Origin: Aureliella sp.
GTDB lineage: Bacteria > Planctomycetota > Planctomycetia > Pirellulales > Pirellulaceae
Assembly: GCA_963691875.1 (NCBI GenBank)
Contig: OY829846.1
Location: forward strand, 4,288,001-4,352,000
Direction of reading: 5' to 3'
DNA length: 64,000 bases
This document shows positions 31,017-41,139 of the stretch, piece by piece (position 1 is the stretch's first letter; each line of letters starts with the position of its first letter). The translations under genes were made by a program, and so were the position numbers. The notes beneath the pieces were generated by a model. That model was not told where the DNA came from and searched no databases. It saw only the letters and a program-made list of their open reading frames with translations.

Positions 31017-32207
31017 TTAGCGACCGAAGATTCGTCTTGCCCAGCAACGAAGTCGTGAAGGCTTTGTAGTGCCGCTGTTTCTCTGAGTACAAGGCTGGCA
31101 ACTCGGATTGAGTGAAGCATACGTGCTTGGGGCCTGCTCGGCCAGTAAAGGTTTCTCTGGTAGATCGACTTCTAGCGAACCTTCTTCGATGGCTAGCCGA
31201 CAAAGATCGTCGGTCGCAATACGATTTGTATTGACTCGGACAGTTGCATTTTGACCGTTGCTCCACTTGAGCTTTGACACCAGGATTCCACTCTTATGCA
31301 AAGTACTTGTAATCGTGGCACCTTGGAGCCGTTTTCGGAGTCCAACAAGTTCTTGCATGAGTTCGGTGAACGCGGCCTCAAAACCTGGAGTCTGGTCCCA
31401 AACTTTTGGCTTATATTCAAAGAAGGATAGTGTTTCCGCGCCGCCGAGCATGACCTGATACGCGATGACACGCAACTCATCGACTGTTGGCAACTTGTTC
31501 TTTGGCTCCAGGATCCAAGTCTGCAGAATCACGAGCTTTGGAATGTCGACACCTGCCATCGCCATTGCTCGATCACTTCGGCGCATCATTAAGTAGACTT
31601 CCCGGAGCGGTTCTTCGCCCAGGTCAGGATAAGGCATTAGGCGTATCACATCGGCAGCATTGTAGAGCTTCGCGAACTCGTGGTAAGAGCGCTGGTCCCA
31701 TCTTGAAAGCGGACCCCAATACGAAATCTCCAGTCGCGTGTTCTGGAGTTTCTTTGTCTCCGGCTTTAGGTGTTTGTAGAGATCAATGTAAAACTCGAAG
31801 GGGGTATCTGGCGTGTTGCGTTCCGGTTCATCCATGACGCTGATTCCGCGCAGTCGCCCTGGAGCTACCCTCTCCGACAACGCAAGCGAATCTCGGATAA
31901 CAGACTCCTCTGTTTTGGGCGTCCACCAGTTGGCAATGACTACGTCTAAGCCAACGCGTGTTGCTAGAGTGTGTAATGGCGCTCGATCCAAGATCACTTG
32001 GTCAAAGCCCATTCGTTTGACCTTCTGTAGTGCCTCCAATGAATGCGGATCGTAAATCTCGAATCGTTCCGTGACACGACAGGTCGTTGGCTTGCCGTAG
32101 AACTCAGAATCGGGTGTCGAACGAAGACTTTCGTCTTGTGCAATTGCGTCAAACGCTAGGCACAAGCAAGAAACGATGGTCAGCGGAGCGACGAAACGGA
32201 AGTTCAT
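31017..32207 (-). CDS. Secreted hypothetical protein, possibly a glycoside-hydrolase-like TIM barrel
   Basis: Signal peptide, K.MGFD.VI and VMDEPE motif, YP and GGAETLSFFEY. No confident family call. Confidence 0.55.
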   Translation of the reverse strand: MNFRFVAPLTIVSCLCLAFDAIAQDESLRSTPDSEFYGKPTTCRVTERFEIYDPHSLEALQKVKRMGFDQVILDRAPLHTLATRVGLDVVIANWWTPKTEESVIRDSLALSERVAPGRLRGISVMDEPERNTPDTPFEFYIDLYKHLKPETKKLQNTRLEISYWGPLSRWDQRSYHEFAKLYNAADVIRLMPYPDLGEEPLREVYLMMRRSDRAMAMAGVDIPKLVILQTWILEPKNKLPTVDELRVIAYQVMLGGAETLSFFEYKPKVWDQTPGFEAAFTELMQELVGLRKRLQGATITSTLHKSGILVSKLKWSNGQNATVRVNTNRIATDDLCRLAIEEGSLEVDLPEKPLLAEQAPSTYASLNPSCQPCTQRNSGTTKPSRLRCWARRIFGR

Positions 32208-32377
32208 TGTTAAGTCAAAGTTGAGTTGTTGAGTGGCGCGCGGCAACTACGACGCCGTCCGCAAGTAGAGGGTGTCGAAGTCCTTCGACTTCGGAGAATT
32301 TCAGGATCGCATAAGATCGACAGGCCATCATCGCGTTTCTCCTCTGCTATTTGGGTGTGAATTTGTGCGATAAGCTC

Positions 32378-32416
32378 AAAAGAAAAGCCAACGTCCGGTT
32401 TCGAACGTCGGCTTTC
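32378..32416 (-). terminator. Rho-independent terminator after the Gfo/Idh/MocA gene
   Basis: Minus strand reads GAAAGCCGACGT-TCGAAACCGG-ACGTTGGCTTTTCTTTT, a stem with a G-U pair followed by a U tract. Confidence 0.8.
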
Positions 32417-32464
32417 GAATATTTGTTGTTACAGCGTCACTATTGCTGATGTTGTAAGGATTTT

Positions 32465-33595
32465 CTACACGTTTTCCCAGCGGCTGTCGGCGGCGCTCTT
32501 GAGGACGGCATCGCAGACTTTTTGGGTCTCGAGCGCGTCTCGGAAACTTGGCGCAGCTGGCTCGCCAGTGTCCAAGCTCTTCAAGAAATCAGCGACTTGG
32601 TGGGTAAACGAGTGCTCGTAGCCGATCTGAAGTCCGGGCACCCACCAGTTGCCCATGTAGGGCTGATCACCGTCGGAAACGTGAACGCTTCGCCAGCCAC
32701 GAACAATACCTTCGTCGGAGTGGTCGAAATACTCTAGGCGGTGCAGGTCGTGCAAGTCCCATCGCATGCTGGCGTGCTCACCGTTGATCTCCAGGGTGTA
32801 GAGAGCCTTGTGGCCGCGAGCATATCGTGTGGACTCAAAAAGCCCCATAGATCCATTTTCAAATCGGCATAGGAACGCACAGGCATCGTCGATGCCAACG
32901 GCTTGTTTCTCACCGGTTTCGGCGTGAACACGTTCTTTGACGAAGGTTTCGGTCATGGCAGAGACGTTGTTGATTGAACCGTTCAGCCAGATCGCGGTGT
33001 CAATACAGTGAGCCAACAAGTCACCGGTCACGCCAGAGCCAGCTGCCTCGACGTCCAAACGCCAAGTCGCAGCGCCACCTTGCGGCACGTCCGCGCTAAT
33101 CGTCCAGTCTTGGAGAAAGTTCGCCCGGTAGTGGAAGATCCTTCCGAGTTTTCCGGATTCTAATATTTGTTTCGCAAGTGAAACAGCAGGAACGCGGCGG
33201 TAGTTGTACCAGACCATGTTAGCGACACCGGCGGCCTCGACGGCTTGGCACATTTCTTCGCCCTCAGCCGCATCCATTGCGAGTGGCTTCTCGCAAAGGA
33301 TCATCTTGCCAGCTTTGGCGGCTTCGATGGCAATTTCTTTGTGCAGGTTGTTTGGCGTGCAGATGTCGACAGCGTCGATGTCATCGCGCTTTAGCAACTC
33401 GCGCCAATCAGATTCGACTGACTCGTAGCCCCAGTTATCTGCAAAGGGCTGGGCTTTTTCTTGGTTGCGAGCACAGAGTGCTTTCAATACAGGTTTATGT
33501 TCGCTATCGAAAAACCTGGCGGCTTGTAGATAGGCGTTCGAGTGAGTCTTGCCCATGAAGCCATAGCCGATCATGCCAATACGAAGTTCTTTCAC
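32465..33595 (-). CDS. Gfo/Idh/MocA-family NAD-dependent sugar oxidoreductase
   Basis: [22 protein letters not shown] and GDLLAHCID. Confidence 0.93.
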   Translation of the reverse strand: MKELRIGMIGYGFMGKTHSNAYLQAARFFDSEHKPVLKALCARNQEKAQPFADNWGYESVESDWRELLKRDDIDAVDICTPNNLHKEIAIEAAKAGKMILCEKPLAMDAAEGEEMCQAVEAAGVANMVWYNYRRVPAVSLAKQILESGKLGRIFHYRANFLQDWTISADVPQGGAATWRLDVEAAGSGVTGDLLAHCIDTAIWLNGSINNVSAMTETFVKERVHAETGEKQAVGIDDACAFLCRFENGSMGLFESTRYARGHKALYTLEINGEHASMRWDLHDLHRLEYFDHSDEGIVRGWRSVHVSDGDQPYMGNWWVPGLQIGYEHSFTHQVADFLKSLDTGEPAAPSFRDALETQKVCDAVLKSAADSRWENV

Positions 33596-33662
33596 GTTTG
33601 TATTCCTATGTTGGGTTTGTGTTTTGTCTTGTGCGGGGGCGGAGCCGAGCGAGGCATTCTAA

Positions 33663-33706
33663 CCCTATCGCTTGCAGGAGGGGCGGCCTGTCAGGCCGGG
33701 GAGGGC
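33663..33706. repeat. REP-like GC-rich palindrome between the TIM-barrel and oxidoreductase genes
   Basis: CCCT...GGAGGG-GCGGCCTGTCAGGCCG-GGGAGGG with internal hairpin CGGCCTG/CAGGCCG. Confidence 0.45.
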
Positions 33707-33796
33707 TCCTGTTCGCTCGCATTACTCCGGACTATCGCGAGGACCAGTAGGTTTGCAGGTACGTATCCTCACAGACCGAAGCCTTTACTGACTGTG

Positions 33797-34813
33797 CTAA
33801 CTGTGCGCTTCGCGCACTTTGATCATCGTGTCCAAAATGGTGTTCCAGGTTTTGCCGTCTTCGAGCATGGCGTTGGGGAACATGCAGCCGTCCCAGCAAA
33901 TATGCTTGATGCCGCGGTCTGCATAATCCTTGAGCCAGTAGCCCGCACACTTGACAATATCTAGCTTGCCGTTGGGGTCGTCTGCGGGGCAGTGCTTGCC
34001 TGTCTTATCATGCGAGCCAGCGCCGTGGACTTCACCGTCGTTCTGAGCGACGTGGAAGTCAATCGTCCAAGGACGAAGCTTGTCGGTCATTTGCTCGTAG
34101 GCGGCGTAGAATTCTTCGCCCGAGTAGCCGTCCTTGAGCAACGCATGTTCTGGTGCGTTGTAGCCCATCAGGTACAAGTACGTGTGTGCGAGGTCAGCTT
34201 GGAATCCGAGCGACTCTGGCATGCCGACTTCTTCGAGCAAATCGAGCATGTCTTTCCAGCTGTGCATGCCTGCCCAGCAAATCTCGCCCTCGGCCGCGAG
34301 ACGCTCGCCGCTGTCTGCAGCGATCTTGGCTGCTTCCTTGAATGTGGCGGCGATCTTGGAGGTGTTGGCAGCCGCATCCGCTTTCCAAGCTTCGACACCG
34401 AACTCGGCGGAGTCGATACGAATCACACCGTAGTCTCGAACTCCATGCTCGTTAAAGATACCGGCAATGCGGCAAGCCATTTTCACGGCGGAAAGGAACT
34501 TGTCCTTCTGCTCTTGGTCGCCCATAGCGGAGTCACCGACGGTGCCAGGCCAAACGGGTGCGACTAGGGAGCCGACCTTAAATCCTTTGCTGGCGATCAT
34601 GTCGGCGATCTTCTTCAGATCGTCGTCGGAAGCTTCAGGATCGGTATGAGGTAGGAAGAGAAAATAGTCGATACCTTCGTATTTTTGGCCACCGACGTCG
34701 GCAGCGGCGGTGAGGTCCAGCATCTTCTCGAGTCCGATTGGCGGCTCTTGACCTTCGTCGTCACCTTTGCCGACCAAGCCGGGCCACATCGCGTTGTGAA
34801 TCTTGAGGGACAT
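33797..34813 (-). CDS. Xylose-isomerase-like TIM-barrel sugar isomerase/lyase
   Basis: [12 protein letters not shown]; putative metal ligands [19 protein letters not shown] and CWDG. Confidence 0.8.
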   Translation of the reverse strand: MSLKIHNAMWPGLVGKGDDEGQEPPIGLEKMLDLTAAADVGGQKYEGIDYFLFLPHTDPEASDDDLKKIADMIASKGFKVGSLVAPVWPGTVGDSAMGDQEQKDKFLSAVKMACRIAGIFNEHGVRDYGVIRIDSAEFGVEAWKADAAANTSKIAATFKEAAKIAADSGERLAAEGEICWAGMHSWKDMLDLLEEVGMPESLGFQADLAHTYLYLMGYNAPEHALLKDGYSGEEFYAAYEQMTDKLRPWTIDFHVAQNDGEVHGAGSHDKTGKHCPADDPNGKLDIVKCAGYWLKDYADRGIKHICWDGCMFPNAMLEDGKTWNTILDTMIKVREAHS

Positions 34814-34916
34814 TCTGTACTCCAGTGTATGGGTTGTTGTGTTTTGTTAGTCTTGGGGCGGGGTAGGAAGGACCCCTCCGTCGCTAGGGCTCTGTCCCTC
34901 CGCAAGCAGAGGCTGA

Positions 34917-36185
34917 CTACCCGCGGGCTGCGCGCCAAGCGCCATTGGCGGGCATGTTCGGGTGGCAGTCTGGGCCGAAATATCTCAGACCGACCAAGGG
35001 CTCCGAGCCAGTGTTTTGGATTTCGACTCCGCCGATCGCAGCTTCGTAGCTGATGAATACTTCATCTTCGGTGTTTTCACCAAAGTCGATCATGGCTGGA
35101 GTTTGCAGAGCGAGTGAGCCCATGCTGCCTTTGCCTTGCACCGTGATCCAGCCACTTGCACCAGGATCTTGCAGAGTGCATTTCGCACCTGGCGCGATTG
35201 TTAGCTCTTTCGCGGTGAAGAGTTGCTTGCCATCAACCGAGCCATAAACGATCCACTTGTCGACATAGCCATCGCCACTCTTTTCTTCGTCGACGATCGG
35301 TTCGATGTAGTTATTGTCCTTAAAGTGCGTATCGACGTTCTTTTCCCAGTCGAGCTGGCCAACGATAAAGTCCAAGTCTTGATGCTTGTCCTCTGGCATG
35401 TCCTTCACGAGCAGCTCCCAGGGCACATAACGGCCTTCGACGATGTTCTGATACATGCCGAATACGTCGCTGCCCCATTGAGGCTCATAGGTGCACAGCG
35501 AACCCGGGGCATGCAACACGCCTGGAGGAATCAGCCAGCCGGTGCCGCGTTGCAGGCGATAGGCTTTGCTCAAGTCGAGGATGCCGTTGTCACCCTTGTT
35601 CCAGTTCTCTAAGCACTTGCGGAGTTGCTCTTTGGTGGTGCCGGGTTCCAGGCCCATGAAGGTGTAGCAGAAGTTGTTGTCGACGTTGTTGTATTGGGGC
35701 GAGAAGTAATAGCTCTCCGGCTTTCCTTCCTGGCCAACCAATGCGGCGTCCTCGGCCGACTGGTGCATGTGGTGAGGAATCGGGCCCATGTTGTCAAAGA
35801 ACTTCGAGTACACGGGCCAGCGGTTGTACTTGCTGAACGTCGCTTCGCCGATTAGCCGATTGCCGAGTTCCGAAACGGCGTCACGCAAGAGGAACTTCTG
35901 GCCTTCAAAAAGGCACATGCTGAGGCCTTCGTGCCATACGCGGCCGTCGTTTGCAGCCTCCGTCGTACTAGCAAACCAACGCTCGTCGATCCCGCCTCTC
36001 TCAGCACCGAAGGCGTAGAGGTGACTGGGGTTCAGACGGATGCGGCGTCCCGGGTGCAAGAAGCTGCGCGGAACCCAAGTTGGTGTGAGTCGCAGCAGTC
36101 CTCCGCCGGCGTCGAGTGCGGAATCAAGAATGGATGCAACGTTATCGCTTTGGACTAAGCCTTCGTCCAATTTTGCATAAGTCAT
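34917..36185 (-). CDS. Type I mannose-6-phosphate-isomerase-like cupin protein
   Basis: ERWF, KFFDNMGPIPHHMHQ, GKPESYYF and PPGVLHAPG match the PMI-I metal-site pattern, with His in place of the usual Gln. Confidence 0.7.
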   Translation of the reverse strand: MTYAKLDEGLVQSDNVASILDSALDAGGGLLRLTPTWVPRSFLHPGRRIRLNPSHLYAFGAERGGIDERWFASTTEAANDGRVWHEGLSMCLFEGQKFLLRDAVSELGNRLIGEATFSKYNRWPVYSKFFDNMGPIPHHMHQSAEDAALVGQEGKPESYYFSPQYNNVDNNFCYTFMGLEPGTTKEQLRKCLENWNKGDNGILDLSKAYRLQRGTGWLIPPGVLHAPGSLCTYEPQWGSDVFGMYQNIVEGRYVPWELLVKDMPEDKHQDLDFIVGQLDWEKNVDTHFKDNNYIEPIVDEEKSGDGYVDKWIVYGSVDGKQLFTAKELTIAPGAKCTLQDPGASGWITVQGKGSMGSLALQTPAMIDFGENTEDEVFISYEAAIGGVEIQNTGSEPLVGLRYFGPDCHPNMPANGAWRAARG

Positions 36186-36485
36186 GTCGGACCTGTGTGG
36201 ATGGCAAGATGCGGTGTAGAAGAGGGAAGGAAGTCGATTCTCAATGGCGTTGGAACGGACTCAAGCCCCGCCTTACTACCAGGAAACACCACAAAGTGGG
36301 GACCGCCTGTTTTATTCCGTGGACGAAGCGGTTACAAGTAAGGAGCACTGTTTTCATAGGGTTTCCGCCAACTTCCAAGGGGTAGCTGGCTTGCTCAACC
36401 CAGAATCAAAATCCCTAATCCTCAGGGTTTGTCCCGAGTCCGCAGATCTGCTTCTTTCGCAATTTCAACCAGAGGGAATTTTCCT

Positions 36486-37649
36486 ATGGCAATCAGCCTG
36501 CCTACGCTTGAGAACGCCTCGAGTCCGCCTGATCTTTCACAGCCGCTTGCAGGCGGTTCGACTCATAAGACCGCAGGTGGTGAGTTTACGTTGCAGCGAT
36601 TGAATCTGCGCGGTGGTGCCTGCGAAGGTGTGGAATTGTTGTTGGTGCAAAGCGATCGTGTTCGGGCGGCGATTTGCCCGACTCGCGGTATGAGCCTTTG
36701 GAAAGCGAGTGTAGACGGGACAACCTTGGGTTGGAGTTCACCCGTGCAAGGTCCCGTTCATCCGAATTTCGTAGCGATTGAGGAAAGTTCTGGTCTCGGC
36801 TGGTTGGACGGCTTTGATGAATTGATGGTGCGCTGCGGTCTTCGTAGTTTTGGAGCACCTGACTTCGATGAAAGCGGTTCCTTACTGTTCCCATTGCATG
36901 GTCGAATAGGGAACTTGCCTGCGCGAAATCTTCAAATCAATGTCGATGAGGAGCATTCATTACTTGAGGTGCAAGCCGAGGTTTACGAGACCCGGTTCTT
37001 GCAATTCAATCTTCAGTTGACTGCGAAATACGTTTTCTCGATGGGCCAGCCCACAATTGGAATCTCAGATACCGTTCTGAATGCTTCTGCCACTCCAACC
37101 ACAATGCAGATGCTCTATCACATCAACATTGGCGATCCCGTGTTGGAAGAGGGTAGCAAGGTCGACGTCTCAGCTAGTAAAGTAGTGGCTCGCAATGCGC
37201 ATGCGGCTTCGGACCTGGAGATTTGGAATACGTATCCTGGTCCCGTTGCCGGGTATGAAGAGCAAGTCTACTTCTTCGCTGGCAAGGCCAATGAGCAAGG
37301 CTGGGCACAAGCCGTTGTAGCCAATGCTGCAGATAGTCAAGGTGTATCGGTGCGTTACAAAACAGATACTCTGCCTTTTTTCACCCAGTGGAAGAACACG
37401 GTTGCTCGAGAGGATGGTTTTGTGACAGGATTGGAGCCCGGAACTGGTTTTCCAAACCCGCGGAGCTTTGAAGAAGAAAAGGGTAGGGTGGTTTCACTCG
37501 GGCCTCAGGAAAGCGTTGAATTCAATATTCGCATTGAAGGCCTAGGTGACGCAAGGCAAATCGCAGCGGCTCGCAAGGGAATCGAAGAGCTGACTGGCGG
37601 GAGAGTTGCTGCTAGCGGATTTGACACACACTGGTGCACTCCACGGTAA
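36486..37649 (+). CDS. Aldose 1-epimerase-like (DUF4432-type) protein
   Basis: PTRGM, GWLDGF, CGL, PLHGRI, LYHIN and GLEPGT. Confidence 0.85.
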   Translation: MAISLPTLENASSPPDLSQPLAGGSTHKTAGGEFTLQRLNLRGGACEGVELLLVQSDRVRAAICPTRGMSLWKASVDGTTLGWSSPVQGPVHPNFVAIEESSGLGWLDGFDELMVRCGLRSFGAPDFDESGSLLFPLHGRIGNLPARNLQINVDEEHSLLEVQAEVYETRFLQFNLQLTAKYVFSMGQPTIGISDTVLNASATPTTMQMLYHINIGDPVLEEGSKVDVSASKVVARNAHAASDLEIWNTYPGPVAGYEEQVYFFAGKANEQGWAQAVVANAADSQGVSVRYKTDTLPFFTQWKNTVAREDGFVTGLEPGTGFPNPRSFEEEKGRVVSLGPQESVEFNIRIEGLGDARQIAAARKGIEELTGGRVAASGFDTHWCTPR

Positions 37650-37655
37650 CCAAGC

Positions 37656-39101
37656 GTGTATTCGGTCAGTCGTTCCAGCTTAGTCCCGTTCCTCATCGTG
37701 ATCTTTGCCGCCATGATCGCGCGTGGCCTGGTCATTGGTTTTGCAGGGGATAGTCTCCAGCAGGATCCTGATTCGTATCGGGTGCTTGCAGAGACTTGGG
37801 CGGAGACCGGTACCTTTGGTTTCGTGGATGAAGGAACGGAAAAGCCGCGAGCAACGGCGTTTCGTCCACCGCTTTATCCCTGGTTGCTGGGTTGGTTCGT
37901 GGACTCCAATGGTTTAAGCCTGACTTCGGTCGCCGTGGTTCATTGGCTCCTTGGGCTATCGACCGTGGTGTTGGTGTTTTTTATTGCTCGCCAGCTCGGC
38001 TTGGTCGCGTGGGCGGTGGCTCTGGCGGTCACACTCGATCCATTGATGCTCCGGGCTAGTCAGCTGGTGATGACGGAGACACTTGCGGGTTTTCTGGCGA
38101 TGTTGGCCTGGTGGTTGTGGTTGCCTGTGCAATCCGCTGGTAGGGAAAGATGCGTTGCAGTTCGCTCTGCCACGGGACTCTCAACCTCGTCCACTACGGC
38201 ATTTGGTTTGGTGCTGGGCATGGCTGTCCTGGCGAGGCCGACTGCGGCGCCTTGGTGTGTTCTGCTGATTGGTGCTTGGTTGATTTTGGCTCTGCGGAGA
38301 CCTTCGCTTTCGATTCGAACAAAACTGATGGGGCCAGCTCTCGCAACGCTGCTGGTGGCTGTTTGTGTTCTGTCGTGGACTTGGAGAAATCAATCGCAGC
38401 TGGGCAAACCGATCTGGGCGACGACCCACGGTGGATACACGTTGCTGTTAGCTAACAATCCGATGCTCTACGAGCACTTTCGCCAGAGCGGGCCCTCTCG
38501 CGATTGGGACGCCGAGCCTTTTCATCAACGATGGGCGCAGCGGGCAGAAGCTGAACAGGATCCGACACTTCTTGACTATTGGCGAACCGAGAATCAACTA
38601 TTGACTGACAGCCAGTCGACAGGTTTTCCACAAACCATTGGTTTTGCCGAGCTCAAAGATGATGAAGTTGCTTACGCAGCAGCACGCGCGACGATTGCTA
38701 GCGAGCCGTGGTTGTTTTGCGAGAGCTGCATTTATCGAGCGCTTTGGTTCTGGGCTCTTTGGCCGAGAGAAGTAGGCAACGTGGAAAAGTTGTTGATTGG
38801 CGGTTGGTATTTGGTTTGGTTTCTGTTGGTGGCTGTCAGTTTGTGTCAGCAAGTATGGATTTGGCGGAACGCTGAAAGGAACCCAGTGGAAGGAAAACTG
38901 GAAAGCAGGTGGAAGCATCTACGTCTTTGGTTGCCTGGATTGCTGCTGCTGCTGACGCTCACCGCAATTCACAGTGTTTACTGGGGCAACATGCGCATGC
39001 GAGCTCCGCTGATGCCAGTCGTTTACATGCTCGCGCTGACTGGCGTTTCGCGATTGAGTTTAGCCGCAGAGCATGATCAACATGCGGGTTCATTTGGTTG
39101 A
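37656..39101 (+). CDS. ArnT/PMT (GT39-like) integral membrane glycosyltransferase
   Basis: DPDSY, AFRPPLYP, MTETL, LARP, WTWRN and RMRAP, with multiple TM helices. Confidence 0.75.
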   Translation: MYSVSRSSLVPFLIVIFAAMIARGLVIGFAGDSLQQDPDSYRVLAETWAETGTFGFVDEGTEKPRATAFRPPLYPWLLGWFVDSNGLSLTSVAVVHWLLGLSTVVLVFFIARQLGLVAWAVALAVTLDPLMLRASQLVMTETLAGFLAMLAWWLWLPVQSAGRERCVAVRSATGLSTSSTTAFGLVLGMAVLARPTAAPWCVLLIGAWLILALRRPSLSIRTKLMGPALATLLVAVCVLSWTWRNQSQLGKPIWATTHGGYTLLLANNPMLYEHFRQSGPSRDWDAEPFHQRWAQRAEAEQDPTLLDYWRTENQLLTDSQSTGFPQTIGFAELKDDEVAYAAARATIASEPWLFCESCIYRALWFWALWPREVGNVEKLLIGGWYLVWFLLVAVSLCQQVWIWRNAERNPVEGKLESRWKHLRLWLPGLLLLLTLTAIHSVYWGNMRMRAPLMPVVYMLALTGVSRLSLAAEHDQHAGSFG

Positions 39102-39188
39102 AGCAGGAAGTGCCCGGCGCCTTACGGCGACGCGGCTGGGAAGATCAACAGACCGTTACTCTGAAGCTTTACTGGAAAGAGGTTCCAA

Positions 39189-40949
39189 TCAGTAGCCCAA
39201 GGCAGCACCGTCCTTGCGCGCCTCCGTAGCACCCTGCAGGATGCCTCGTTCCCAATCGATCAGAATACCTTGGTAGCCGCCAAAGCTTCCGCCGGTCGAA
39301 GTGGTGTGTCCCTTTGCCTGAAGTGCCTTGACGGTTGCCTCCGGAATACCAGATTCCAACAGCGCTGTCCCGCCGTTCTCTTCTTCCGGAACGCCAGTGG
39401 GTTTTGCGCTGCCGTCGTGACGAATGCGTGCTGCATCACCGGCCATCTGAATGTTCATTCCAAAGTCAATCCAATTGACAAGAACTTGTGCATGCCCCTG
39501 AGGCTGCATGTCGCCGCCCATCACGCCAAAGACGAAGATTGGTTTGTCATCCTGCGTTACCATTGCCGGGATGATGGTATGAAAAGGTCGCTTCTTCGGC
39601 TCGAGGCAATTCAGGTGCTCGGGATCGAGTGAGAAAAGAGCCCCTCGATTCTGAATCGCAAAGCCCAAGTTGCCTGCGACTCGAGCACTGCCGAATCCCC
39701 AGTAATTGCTTTGGATCAAGGAGCAGCAATTCCGATCTTTATCGACCACGCAGAGATAAATCGTGTCACCATTGACGAGTTTCGGATCACCAGCGGGAAC
39801 GCCCACGAGAGCCTTGTCGGGATCGAACAGCTTCGCTCGCTCCGCGGCGTATTCTTTGGAGATCAATGGCTCGAGCGGAACATCAGCCATGTTCATGTCG
39901 GCGTAGAACTTCGCGCGATCAGCAAAGGCCAGCTTCTTGGATTCGATGAACAGGTGCGACCATTCAGGCGAGCCCCACCCCATGCTTTTTACATCGTGTG
40001 GCTCGATCAGGTTCAGGATCTGCAGTGCAGCGATGCCTTGGCCGTTCGGAGGAAGTTCCCACACATCGTAGCCACGATAGTTGGTACTGACGGGTTCCAC
40101 CCACTCGTTGCGATGTATCTTTAAATCTTCACTGCGCAAGAAACTGTTATTCTGGGTATCGCTGTAGCGTACTATTTCTTTCGCGATCTTGCCTTCGTAG
40201 AAGTCTTTTGATCCGAATTCTGCGATGCGTCGGTAGGTGGCGGCAAGATTTGGGTTCCGGAAGATGTCGCCTGCTTGCGGAGCTTTGCCATTGACCAAGA
40301 AAGTACTGGTTGCTTCGGGAGTTTCTTTGAGGCGTGACTCAGCGGCTTTCCAATAGCCTGCGATGACGGGAGCGACTGGGAATCCTTCGTCGGCGAGGCG
40401 AATGGCGGGTTGAAAGATATCCTTCCAAGGCAACTTGCCATATCGTTGATGCAAATCGTGCCACCCGGAGACGCAACCTGGAACAGACCAGGCGAGGGGT
40501 CCGAAAGTTGGGATGTACGCCATCTCAGGATCAAGATCCTTAAGCTTTGCGATCGAGATCGTACGCGGAGAGCGACCGCTGGCATTCAATCCGGTCAGTT
40601 TCTTGTCTTCCGGAGACCAGCAGATGGAGAACAAGTCGCCACCAATACCGCAGCTCATAGGCTCAACGACGCCCAGCACTGCATTGGCGGCTATTGCAGC
40701 ATCGACTGCCGATCCGCCAGCTTGCAAGATCTTTAGCGCGGCTTGCGTAGCTCGCAGATCGCTGGTGGCTGCCATTCCGTTCGTTGCGTAAGTCACACTG
40801 CGAGACTGTTTTTTGTTTCCCGGCCGGTCATACGCTCCGATCGGCGGATTCATGGATTCATCCTGAGCCATGCTGGAAGGGCAGTGGGAAAGAAAGGTGC
40901 AAGTGATTGCAATCCAAGTCATGGCTGTAAGTCGCGCTTTTGCCAGCAT
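39189..40949 (-). CDS. Gamma-glutamyltransferase-family (YwrD-like) enzyme, second GGT paralog
   Basis: GGSAVDAA, EPMSCGIGGD, LPPNGQG, GDTIY, RPFHTIIP and MGGDMQPQG. Confidence 0.9.
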   Translation of the reverse strand: MLAKARLTAMTWIAITCTFLSHCPSSMAQDESMNPPIGAYDRPGNKKQSRSVTYATNGMAATSDLRATQAALKILQAGGSAVDAAIAANAVLGVVEPMSCGIGGDLFSICWSPEDKKLTGLNASGRSPRTISIAKLKDLDPEMAYIPTFGPLAWSVPGCVSGWHDLHQRYGKLPWKDIFQPAIRLADEGFPVAPVIAGYWKAAESRLKETPEATSTFLVNGKAPQAGDIFRNPNLAATYRRIAEFGSKDFYEGKIAKEIVRYSDTQNNSFLRSEDLKIHRNEWVEPVSTNYRGYDVWELPPNGQGIAALQILNLIEPHDVKSMGWGSPEWSHLFIESKKLAFADRAKFYADMNMADVPLEPLISKEYAAERAKLFDPDKALVGVPAGDPKLVNGDTIYLCVVDKDRNCCSLIQSNYWGFGSARVAGNLGFAIQNRGALFSLDPEHLNCLEPKKRPFHTIIPAMVTQDDKPIFVFGVMGGDMQPQGHAQVLVNWIDFGMNIQMAGDAARIRHDGSAKPTGVPEEENGGTALLESGIPEATVKALQAKGHTTSTGGSFGGYQGILIDWERGILQGATEARKDGAALGY

Positions 40950-41139
40950 AGTTGTTGTTCCAAAGTTGGTGGCATCTTGGCTGAGGTGAAGGCTCGTGGC
41001 CCGCTCGCTATGAATTATAACAACCAGAGTTGAGCACACGTCCTAGGCTGGAGTCACTAGAACACTATGATAGAAGGCGCCTCCTGTAATTTAGTTCTAA
41101 TAACTTCATCTCACGCCTCGATTATCACTGGGGACTCCA

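Noticed and set aside
36320..36340. LacI-type operator (GAAGCGGTTACA) in the divergent sugar promoter
   Set aside because: Only one good half-site and no regulator in the window; too weak to call.
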